DNA from: a virus
Taxonomy: Duplodnaviria; Caudoviricetes
Virus record (IMG/VR): IMGVR_UViG_3300017785_002178
Span: 1 to 32,322 of that record
Reading direction: 5' to 3' (one strand)
Length of the DNA: 32,322 bases
The translations under genes and the position numbers were made by a program. Positions 18,772-26,514 of this stretch are shown one piece after another. Each line of letters opens with the position of its first letter. Position 1 is the stretch's first letter. The notes beneath the pieces were generated by a model. That model saw nothing but the letters and a program-made list of their open reading frames with translations, did no database searches and was not told the origin of the DNA.

Positions 18772-20943
18772 ATGGAATTTTATCAAAAGCATATTATGAA
18801 ACTTGAAAAAAGCATAAGGCGATGGGCTGATTCATCCCGAATTAGGAAAATAATCAGGTTAGCGAATTTAAGAAGTTACATTTGGGTAATTTTATGTGTA
18901 ATTTCATTTTGGACAAATTTTGTCCACGCTGCTGATTGGTACGTTTCAACATCTGGAACGGCTGCTAACCCCGGAACAATTAGCGCACCAAAGAACTGGG
19001 CAGGCATGGTTACGATAGTAAACAACGGAACTGTACAGGCAGGGGATAGGATTCTATTCAAGAGAGGTGATGCGTTTGTAGGCGTTCTAAATTCGGGCGA
19101 TTATTACGGAGGCGTAGCAAAGAACAACATCACATTTTCAGCTTACGGAACAGGCGCAAAACCACGTCTAACGGCAACTACAGGTACAGGTGTATTCCAC
19201 ATCATGAAAAAATCAGGCTGGGTTTGGGATGGATTAAATTTTCAGGACGTTACTTTTTCCGTTTCCGACAAGTTAAGTATTGCTCCATGCGCTACAGGGA
19301 TAAGGCTTGGTAACTTCGGCAGCACATCAGCAACTGATAAGATGAGCAACAACACAATAAAGAATTGCGATTTTAATAACATCGGTTTGGGGATTGTGAT
19401 TTATGGTGATAATAATTTTGTAGATTCCTGCACGTTTGTAAACCTCAAGAACGTTGTAAACACACCCAACACAGGCGGTTCAACAGCGTATGAAGATTAT
19501 GGCGCAAACGGTATAACCTTAGCAGGTAGTAACAATTCATTCTTACATGGGTACTATGAATCTAACTGGTGCGAAAGTTACGACTTCGGTTTTTCTGGTG
19601 GTGCTAATGAAATGTTCGGGGCTTGCGTAGATAATCTATTTGCTTACAACACTTACATAGATTGCGGTGGTATTGCTGAATACGGAAGTCAGGGCAGGGG
19701 CGATACATCAAGAAGGAATAAGATACTCTACAATAAAATTATAAATTGTGGTTCGCTTACTTACATAAACTTCTCATCTGTTTTTGTTTGTGTGGCCCTT
19801 AATAATCTTTACTACAATAACCTATTTGTTGAAAATTCAGATAGTAGATTTTCTGGAGTAAATGCAGGTACAGGAATAACAACAGCAGAGGCGAAGTCGC
19901 ATTTTACTGCTGATTTCGCTTGCCTTGCATTTAGTTCGGGAAGTCCTGCCGTTGCTGATATTTTCACCTTAAAAAATAATATCTTTTGGCTTGCGAATCC
20001 TAATTACAAAGTAGCGAATAATTCAAACGTAGCTTCTAAAACAATACACACAAACAACGTTTACAGGCTACTTGGAACAGGCTCAACCACAGGATACAGT
20101 TTAGAAGGAACGGAATTTTTAAGTACTGGAGATTTGTTTGTGGCTCAACTTGGAGCAGCAACTGGATGGAACTACCAATTACTTACTCCATCGGTAGCAA
20201 GGGATGCAGGAGCAAACGTTGGCGGTACAGTTGACTTCGCAGGGCTTGCAGTTACTAATCCTCCAAACATCGGCATTTACGAAGATGTTATCCCTGCTTT
20301 GGTAGCTTCAAATTCGTTTACATCAATTACCTGCAATGGCGTTACATCATCAGTAACGGTTACGGCATCGGGTGGCGTTCCTCCTTATTACGGAACAGGT
20401 GTCTTCACAAGAACAGCAGGGCTTAATTTATTCACCGTTACGGATGCAGCAGGGAACACATCAACAACAAGTGCAAGCATCAGCCAACCGTCTGCAATAA
20501 CGCCACAGGTTACTTATTCCGCTATCCTTTGCAACGGTGGTACATCAACGCTAACAGTTACAGCCACAGGGGGCACAGGAGCTTTGTCAGGAACAGGAAC
20601 GTTCACACGTTCTGCAGGTGCTTATTCTTACACGATAACAGATGCAAGCGGATGTTCAGTTACAACCACAGGAACAATACCACAGCCAAACGTACTAACC
20701 GCTTCTAATAGCTTTTCAGCCATCGTATTCCCATCATTAACAACAAATGTGGTGGTTACTGCTACAGGTGGTACACTGCCTTATACCGGAACAGGAACAT
20801 ACGGAAGAACGGCAGGAGCTTTCAGTTATACGGTTACGGATGCAAACGGTTGTACATCGGTTACATCGGGAACGGTTTTGCCTGTTGTTCAGCCAGTACA
20901 AACTTTCATCATCAAAGGGCTTGCGCCACTAATTAAACAGTAA
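18772..20943 (+). CDS. Parallel beta-helix (polysaccharide lyase/depolymerase-like) protein with SprB-like repeats
   Basis: WYVSTSG...PGT..AP and AGDRILFKRGD, Asn-ladder beta-helix, then three repeats of ASGG.PPY.GTG.F.RTAG.YS.TVTDA.GC. Hydrophobic leader ends VHA|A. Confidence 0.7.
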   Translation: MEFYQKHIMKLEKSIRRWADSSRIRKIIRLANLRSYIWVILCVISFWTNFVHAADWYVSTSGTAANPGTISAPKNWAGMVTIVNNGTVQAGDRILFKRGDAFVGVLNSGDYYGGVAKNNITFSAYGTGAKPRLTATTGTGVFHIMKKSGWVWDGLNFQDVTFSVSDKLSIAPCATGIRLGNFGSTSATDKMSNNTIKNCDFNNIGLGIVIYGDNNFVDSCTFVNLKNVVNTPNTGGSTAYEDYGANGITLAGSNNSFLHGYYESNWCESYDFGFSGGANEMFGACVDNLFAYNTYIDCGGIAEYGSQGRGDTSRRNKILYNKIINCGSLTYINFSSVFVCVALNNLYYNNLFVENSDSRFSGVNAGTGITTAEAKSHFTADFACLAFSSGSPAVADIFTLKNNIFWLANPNYKVANNSNVASKTIHTNNVYRLLGTGSTTGYSLEGTEFLSTGDLFVAQLGAATGWNYQLLTPSVARDAGANVGGTVDFAGLAVTNPPNIGIYEDVIPALVASNSFTSITCNGVTSSVTVTASGGVPPYYGTGVFTRTAGLNLFTVTDAAGNTSTTSASISQPSAITPQVTYSAILCNGGTSTLTVTATGGTGALSGTGTFTRSAGAYSYTITDASGCSVTTTGTIPQPNVLTASNSFSAIVFPSLTTNVVVTATGGTLPYTGTGTYGRTAGAFSYTVTDANGCTSVTSGTVLPVVQPVQTFIIKGLAPLIKQ

Positions 20944-21158
20944 TGGAAACAGGTTTAAACAGCGTATTACTAAGTGTAATAATTTTACTTCTAACAACGA
21001 TTGGCGGTATGCTTTACAAAAAGTTGGAAGAGTTTTCAAAGACTATTCAGGATATTCTTGTCAACGATATGAAAGACAAGAAAGACATTGAACGGATAGA
21101 TTATACATTAGACGAACACCATGAACGAATTGGTAAACTTGAAGATAAAAGAGCATGA
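20943..21158 (+). CDS. Small membrane protein (holin/antiholin-like)
   Basis: One N-terminal TM segment plus a coiled coil ending HHERIGKLE. Confidence 0.5.
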   Translation: METGLNSVLLSVIILLLTTIGGMLYKKLEEFSKTIQDILVNDMKDKKDIERIDYTLDEHHERIGKLEDKRA

Positions 21159-21223
21159 GCAGGTACAATGATTTGGACTATGTAGTAACGTACTACAAAA
21201 ATCGTAAACAAAAATCAAACAAT

Positions 21224-21394
21224 ATGAAGAATTGGCGCACAACACTTGTGGGTGCATTGCTGGCGGTACTTACAATTATCCAGCCTCTTATTGAAGATGG
21301 CTCGGTAACACCTATCCGCATTGCAATAGCAGGAGCAATAGCTTTGCTTGGTTACTTAATGAAAGACTTCAATGTAACCGGAACAGGTAGATAA
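21224..21394 (+). CDS. Holin (two TM segments)
   Basis: MKNWRTTLVG...ALLGYLMKD. An upstream in-frame ATG at 21155 is also possible. Confidence 0.65.
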   Translation: MKNWRTTLVGALLAVLTIIQPLIEDGSVTPIRIAIAGAIALLGYLMKDFNVTGTGR

Positions 21395-21422
21395 AGAGGG
21401 GGGCTTAGCCCCTTTCTTTTTT
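21393..21422 (+). terminator. Intrinsic terminator
   Basis: AAGAGGGGGGC tta GCCCCTTTCTT followed by a T run. Confidence 0.75.
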
Positions 21423-21540
21423 AACTGTCAACAAATTGTATACGGTTTGATTCGATTTAAGACGGTTTTATCCGACAATTTCAACATGAACACGGCTTAG
21501 TGATGGATTTATCAAACAATTTCCTCATAAAAAAAAGTTT

Positions 21541-22635
21541 ATGCAAATACGACCTCGAATTAGTCAGGAAGAATTTGATTTAATTAAAGGGCATAGAGCA
21601 TTAAAAGAGGAATGCGAAGCAACAGGAATACCGCTTGATTCCGTTAATTACTATTGGTACAAGTCCGAAAAATTTAGCATCAACGCAAAAAACAAACAAA
21701 AGTCTTATCTTGATGTAAGGGATGAAGTAATTAAAGAAATGCAATCTTATGCACCAACCTATCCTACAATAAAAAGAGAGGATTATAAAGATAGTAAACT
21801 TCTTATTGTTGACCCAGCAGACCCGCATTTTGGAAAAAAATCAACAATAGAGGAAACAGGTCAAGACACAAACAATATTTCTACTGCCGAAAGATTTGCA
21901 AGCGGAATTGAGGGATTGATAAACAAAACGGATTGCTACAAGTTTGAGAAAATAGTTTTTGTAGGCGGTAATGATTCGATGCACACGGACAATCCTTTCG
22001 GAACTACTACATCAGGAACAAGGCAAGATACGTGCGGATTGTGGTATGAAAATTTTATAGCCGCAAAAAACGCTAACATAAAGGCTATTGACAGGCTGTT
22101 AACTATTGCAGATGTGCATTTTGTATTTTGCCCTTCCAACCATGATTTTATGACTGGATTTTTCTTAGCTGATACGATTCAATCATGGTACGCTAATAAT
22201 AAAAATATAACATTTGATGTTACGCCCATTCATAGAAAGTACATACATTACGGACATAGTTTATTAGGGCTTACGCACGGGGATGGGGCAAAAGAAAGTG
22301 AACTTTCAGACCTGATGAAAACAGAAGCAAAAAAAGCATGGAGTTTAAGTAGATTTGCTTACTGGATTGTTCACCACAAGCATCATTCGGACACGAAAGG
22401 TTACAAAAACGGAAAGGGTGTAAAGATGGAAAAGGATTATAAGAACCTAACGGTTTTTAATACAGGGTTATCATTAGACCCTACCGACTATTGTTTTGTT
22501 CAGTACATGAGAAGTTTAAGCGGTACGGATAGATGGCATTTCACCAATGGGTTTGTTCATGCGCCTAAAGCAATGGACGCATTAATTATAGACCCTGCTT
22601 ATGGACAGATTGATAAAATAACACATTTATTCTAA
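21541..22635 (+). CDS. Calcineurin-like metallophosphoesterase
   Basis: DPHFGK, GGND..H.D, SNHD, THGD and HHKHH metal-binding motifs. Confidence 0.8.
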   Translation: MQIRPRISQEEFDLIKGHRALKEECEATGIPLDSVNYYWYKSEKFSINAKNKQKSYLDVRDEVIKEMQSYAPTYPTIKREDYKDSKLLIVDPADPHFGKKSTIEETGQDTNNISTAERFASGIEGLINKTDCYKFEKIVFVGGNDSMHTDNPFGTTTSGTRQDTCGLWYENFIAAKNANIKAIDRLLTIADVHFVFCPSNHDFMTGFFLADTIQSWYANNKNITFDVTPIHRKYIHYGHSLLGLTHGDGAKESELSDLMKTEAKKAWSLSRFAYWIVHHKHHSDTKGYKNGKGVKMEKDYKNLTVFNTGLSLDPTDYCFVQYMRSLSGTDRWHFTNGFVHAPKAMDALIIDPAYGQIDKITHLF

Positions 22636-22675
22636 AGATGATTGAAAAACAAATAATGTTAAAAGGAAAAGTTTT

Positions 22676-22870
22676 ATGAGTATCGGAGAAGCATATGTTA
22701 GAATACATGGGATGTTGAATGAGTTGACACCAGTTGAAGCAATTACATTGATTGAAAGAATTGGAAAGGAGATAAGGCGAAAGAACTCAATTAATGTAAA
22801 TAAGATTGGGATAAAATCCGTTATTGATGCTGAAAGAATTGATTTACTTAAACTGAAAGAAAATGGCTGA
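22676..22870 (+). CDS. Hypothetical protein
   Basis: 64 aa ORF overlapping the next gene in the operon. Confidence 0.5.
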   Translation: MSIGEAYVRIHGMLNELTPVEAITLIERIGKEIRRKNSINVNKIGIKSVIDAERIDLLKLKENG

Positions 22871-23102
22871 TGAAGATTTGCCGGAAGGATTTGAATTTGA
22901 AAGCACATCACGTTCAGAATATGTGATATGTGCTGCCAATGCGTTGCAGGCCATTGACGGCATTGATGAAATGGTTCAGACGGAAGCAGGGAGAAACAGA
23001 ATAAAACGGATTAGGTTTAAGAGTGTAAAGATTATTGATAACATTATAAATGAATTGTATGATGAATTATTTGAAGATACTAACGACCCTGATTTGTCTT
23101 AG
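22863..23102 (+). CDS. Hypothetical acidic protein
   Basis: 79 aa ORF overlapping both neighbours. Confidence 0.55.
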   Translation: MADEDLPEGFEFESTSRSEYVICAANALQAIDGIDEMVQTEAGRNRIKRIRFKSVKIIDNIINELYDELFEDTNDPDLS

Positions 23103-23553
23103 TTTTTTAATCAATGCTTGTTTCAATGCGAAAAAGTCTATCCAAAAAATTGAACGCAAAGCACCAGAAAAACTTGCCGAGTATTGCGGCAAGGAATTCC
23201 CGGTAACTCAAACAATCAAGTATGATACAGCTTACGAATTTTTTGATTTGGTTTGCCCTGATCCATTGGTAAAAACAGATACTATAATTGGAAAGGATAC
23301 GATTCCCATAAAGCAAAATTCCATTATTGCAAAAACGAACAAAAATGGAATTGTAAAAGTACCTATCAGGACGATAACAATAACTGTAAAAGACACGGCT
23401 TCGCTTCGCATTGCGGCTATTGAAATTCAGAAATATAAAGATAATGCGGACAAGTTGGCGAATAAGCTAACATCAACACGGAACTGGTTATTGTGGCTTG
23501 TAGTTGCTTTGGCAATTAGTGTGGTGCTGAATGTGATATTGATTAGAAGATAA
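23062..23553 (+). CDS. Unimolecular spanin candidate
   Basis: Lipoprotein signal ending LINA|C and C-terminal TM WLLWLVVALAISVVLNVILI-RR. Next to the endolysin. Confidence 0.65.
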   Translation: MNYLKILTTLICLSFLINACFNAKKSIQKIERKAPEKLAEYCGKEFPVTQTIKYDTAYEFFDLVCPDPLVKTDTIIGKDTIPIKQNSIIAKTNKNGIVKVPIRTITITVKDTASLRIAAIEIQKYKDNADKLANKLTSTRNWLLWLVVALAISVVLNVILIRR

Positions 23554-23618
23554 AAGTAACAGTGATGAGTGCTACTCTTACGAGCCTTCTCTCAGACGTA
23601 CTAAACGTGCTGTTACTT
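23554..23618 (-). ncRNA. Putative small structured RNA
   Basis: Closing stem AAGTAACAG/CTGTTACTT with two inner arms. Upstream TATATTTG box at 23628-23621 and a T run after. Confidence 0.4.
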
Positions 23619-23637
23619 CACAAATATAATAAAAGAT

Positions 23638-24009
23638 ATGCAACTAACAACCAACTTCCATCTATCAGAATTTGCCTGTAAAGACGGTACGTCAGTACCC
23701 GATGAATTAAAATCAAATGTACAGGCATTAGCGGAGCAATTACAGATACTTCGTGATTATCTCAATGAACCCATCCACATCAATTCAGGGTACCGTACAC
23801 AGGCCTATAATAAGAAAATAGGAGGTAAGCCAAACAGTTATCACATGAAGGCAATGGCGGCTGATATTACCGTGAAAAGCAAAACACCGAAACAATTAGC
23901 TTCGGTGGTGGAAAAGTTGATTGCAAACGGCTCTTTAAAGATTGGCGGCATGGGGGTTTATCCGGGCTTTGTTCACGTTGACACCCGTAAGGTTAAAGCG
24001 AGGTGGTAA
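23638..24009 (+). CDS. Endolysin, peptidase M15A family
   Basis: NFHLSEFACKDG, INSGYR, NSYHMKAMAADI and FVHVDTR zinc-peptidase motifs. Confidence 0.9.
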   Translation: MQLTTNFHLSEFACKDGTSVPDELKSNVQALAEQLQILRDYLNEPIHINSGYRTQAYNKKIGGKPNSYHMKAMAADITVKSKTPKQLASVVEKLIANGSLKIGGMGVYPGFVHVDTRKVKARW

Positions 24010-24012
24010 ATT

Positions 24013-24300
24013 TTAATACTCATTAACACAGTCAGGGCTGAATCCGTTAGGGTTTGTAACCTTATAACCAACTTCATTTTGAAATTTAATTATAACATCA
24101 TGCCAATATTTGCAGTCCAGCATATCGCATAACTCAATTTCTCTTATTACACCTTTTTTACAATTCCCGTATTCATCATATTCGATTGGGAAGTAATGCT
24201 GCAATGCGGCTGATGCTAATCCGTAAGAAGACCAAGATCCAACTTTTGCAATATTTTCTATTAAATTATCTGGTGTAAAAACAAAACTCTTATCCATCAT
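24013..24300 (-). CDS. Hypothetical protein
   Basis: 95 aa, last gene of the leftward operon, convergent with the endolysin. Confidence 0.55.
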   Translation of the reverse strand: MMDKSFVFTPDNLIENIAKVGSWSSYGLASAALQHYFPIEYDEYGNCKKGVIREIELCDMLDCKYWHDVIIKFQNEVGYKVTNPNGFSPDCVNEY

Positions 24301-24315
24301 ATTATTTTTTAAAGG

Positions 24316-24564
24316 TTAATAAGTAGCCGCTTTTACAGCCCACATTGCTGATTGTTCAGCAGCGATCATTGCCAAGTCTTTCAGCTTTAACCATTCTTTC
24401 AGTTCATTATCAGTCCATTTAGGATTTCCAGCTGCACCATCAATCAGGTCAATCAATGCAGCAGCAGCGACTTTAATTTCATTTACATAATCGCTTTCAG
24501 ATGGGTTGAAGTTTACCCTTACACGGCGTTCTCCAAGTGTTACTAATTTTTCAATCTGTTCCAT
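24316..24564 (-). CDS. Acb2/Tad1-like helical hairpin protein (candidate anti-defence nucleotide sponge)
   Basis: GERRVRVNFNPS...IK..AA.LID...LAMIAAEQSAMWAVKAAT resembles the LA.T..E.A.MW hairpin of Tad1/Acb2 proteins. Confidence 0.5.
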   Translation of the reverse strand: MEQIEKLVTLGERRVRVNFNPSESDYVNEIKVAAAALIDLIDGAAGNPKWTDNELKEWLKLKDLAMIAAEQSAMWAVKAATY

Positions 24565-24632
24565 GATTTTTATGTGAGTTTTACAAAGCCGCTCAAGGCT
24601 GTTAAAAGTTAATAATTGGTTTTGGTCGGTGA

Positions 24633-24815
24633 TTACTGGCTTTCGCCTTGCAAAATTGCTTTTAATTTCTCAACCATAAAGGCTGCTTCAGAACGCTTAC
24701 CATCCCAATAATGATATGCCTCAGATTCTTTAGTATACAAATCACGATTACATTTAAATGCAACTACTCTACTTCTCATTTCTTTAATTAAATCCTTCAA
24801 TGTTTTTTCATCCAT
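24633..24815 (-). CDS. Hypothetical protein
   Basis: 60 aa ORF flanked by 20-bp direct repeats. Confidence 0.55.
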   Translation of the reverse strand: MDEKTLKDLIKEMRSRVVAFKCNRDLYTKESEAYHYWDGKRSEAAFMVEKLKAILQGESQ

Positions 24816-24870
24816 CTTTCAATTTTTAAAAGTTAATAATCGGTTGCGTAAAGCAGCGTGTTGTGTGCCA

Positions 24871-25287
24871 TTATAGTACAGCGTAGTGTTCCATAGCATA
24901 CTCCTTTGTAAGCATTTGGCTATTTGTTTCTATTCTACCTATTTTGACAAAATCATTTACAACTCCGTTTGTTGAATCATATTTTAAAGAAACGGTATTA
25001 CTTATTGGTTCGTTGTAATCTATAAATGATTTTGCTTCTGTCATTGTAATTACGCTGGCTCTTGGGAATATATCATTATCCCTTTTTTCCATTGTATAAA
25101 TACCATCAGCATAATGAAAATGGTTATTAACTCCATCGTATTCGGAATAGAAACAAATATCTCCTACCATTACTTCTGAACCATCTTTGTAAAAATAACG
25201 GCACATAACATCGGCCTTGTGCAAGTGGGGGTTTTCTGCTATATTCATCATTTGTTTTTCAATTTTAACTCTATTATTTTTTTTCAT
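24871..25287 (-). CDS. Hypothetical protein (loosely YopX-like)
   Basis: KDGSEVMVGDI and FVKIGRI motifs echo the Yop[11 protein letters not shown] and IIGNI motifs. Confidence 0.5.
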   Translation of the reverse strand: MKKNNRVKIEKQMMNIAENPHLHKADVMCRYFYKDGSEVMVGDICFYSEYDGVNNHFHYADGIYTMEKRDNDIFPRASVITMTEAKSFIDYNEPISNTVSLKYDSTNGVVNDFVKIGRIETNSQMLTKEYAMEHYAVL

Positions 25288-25351
25288 ATTTTAATTTTTA
25301 AATTTTATTATTTATACCCGTACAGAAGTCAGGTTCAACCTGATAAATTTA

Positions 25352-25597
25352 CTATAAAAAATAATTCTTTACAACCGTTCCGGAAGATAGTTTAATAAAC
25401 TTATCTTTTATTCCAATACCTGCTTTATTCCTTAAATCGCTTATACGGCTATTTAAAGCAGTTATACCGATGGTTTGGGCTTCAAAGCAGTTGATAGTAC
25501 GCCCTGATAATAGCCAGTCGTATACGGCTTTATTTTGCCCAGTTAATTGAGGTTGATTTATCGGGCTGCCTGTTTCAAAATTTAATTGGATTTGCAT
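25352..25597 (-). CDS. Winged helix-turn-helix protein
   Basis: WLLSGRTINCFEA..IGITALNSRISDLR pattern. Confidence 0.7.
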   Translation of the reverse strand: MQIQLNFETGSPINQPQLTGQNKAVYDWLLSGRTINCFEAQTIGITALNSRISDLRNKAGIGIKDKFIKLSSGTVVKNYFL

Positions 25598-25602
25598 GAA
25601 TT

Positions 25603-26106
25603 TTAAATTTTATTATCTTCTAACTTGTAAATCATTTTTACAAGTTGGGTAATTTGAGCAGCCCTTGCAGCACTTGCAGCATCTCTTGCAGCAGCCCTTG
25701 CAGCATCCCATGCAGCATCCCATGCAGCAGCCATTGCAGCCCTTGCAGCCCTTGCATCCCTTGCAGCCCATGCAGCATCCCATGCAGCAGCCCTTGCAGC
25801 AGAAAGTTCTTCATCTGTTGCTTCCCCGTTAGCGTATCTTTCCGCAACATTGCAAGCCTCAATACTTCTTTCATCAGGTTTATCTACCAGCTTTAATGCC
25901 TCCCTTGCACACCAGACAGCAAATAAACGCAACGTCTTTGCATCAATAAATCCTTCATTAAGCACTACCCAAAGTCTATCATTAGCAGGGCATTCCTTTA
26001 CATTTAAAATATCTATTACCGTACCTGTCCAGTTTTCGGGTAAGAATTTTGCAGGGTCGTAGCAAGGTGATAAATCTCTGATTTCTTTAAGTGTTATTTT
26101 TTTCAT
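25603..26106 (-). CDS. Ala-rich repeat phage protein
   Basis: LRLFAVWCAR...AERYANGEATDEEL followed by AARA/AAWD repeats, a common phage family of unknown function. Confidence 0.75.
   Translation of the reverse strand: MKKITLKEIRDLSPCYDPAKFLPENWTGTVIDILNVKECPANDRLWVVLNEGFIDAKTLRLFAVWCAREALKLVDKPDERSIEACNVAERYANGEATDEELSAARAAAWDAAWAARDARAARAAMAAAWDAAWDAARAAARDAASAARAAQITQLVKMIYKLEDNKI
25657..25802. repeat. Coding 9/12-bp degenerate tandem repeats
   Basis: Units such as gcagcccttgca and gcatcccatgca encode AARA/AAWD on the - strand. Confidence 0.85.
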
Positions 26107-26193
26107 TTTTATGGTTTTTTAAATTTTAATATGCCGGTCTTTCCCGGCTGTCGTCCTGTTCAGAGTTGGCCATAATACAGGCAAGGCGGCATT

Positions 26194-26334
26194 TCAATTT
26201 CCTATATTGAACCTTGTCCAATTCCCATAACCGTACTCCCTGTTTACTTCAGATTCCCATCTACCTATAGGCGCATTAGTATAAAATGAACCAATAAAAA
26301 AATTTTCGTTGTACACTTCTAATTTTGTCCACAT
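26194..26334 (-). CDS. Small hypothetical protein (46 aa)
   Basis: Not in the track. Reads MWTKLEVYNENFFIGSFYTNAPIGRWESEVNREYGYGNWTRFNIGN with an A-rich upstream region. Confidence 0.5.
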   Translation of the reverse strand: MWTKLEVYNENFFIGSFYTNAPIGRWESEVNREYGYGNWTRFNIGN

Positions 26335-26514
26335 AATTAAAAATTTTATTTATTTAACGAAAGTTGTCGTAAGGGTACGGTTCATCAGCAGGGAAATCAA
26401 TACCCTGAACTTCTTTTTCTTTTTCTCTTTTTTGTTCATTTTTGATTGGTTTGTATTAAAAAAAATAATTAACAATTGCCATCACTAAGGCAAAGGTTAA
26501 AAGTATGAATAGTA

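Noticed and set aside
669-23316. Many - strand ORFs in the late region
   Set aside because: They are antisense shadows of well-supported + strand genes and have no motifs.
23565-23600. SRP RNA helix 8 or hammerhead ribozyme
   Set aside because: AAGG-CUC-GUAA-GAG-UAGCA only loosely matches CAGG-NNN-GNRA-NNN-AGCA (extra base, no C). The hammerhead CUGANGA/GAAA core is incomplete.
24575-24600. preQ1-I riboswitch
   Set aside because: The pseudoknot topology is similar, but the conserved loop and A-rich tail sequence do not match and no queuosine genes are nearby.
25638-26062. Cys/Pro-rich and LQG-repeat ORFs (metallothionein-like look)
   Set aside because: They are alternative-frame readings of the Ala-rich repeat in gene 25603-26106.
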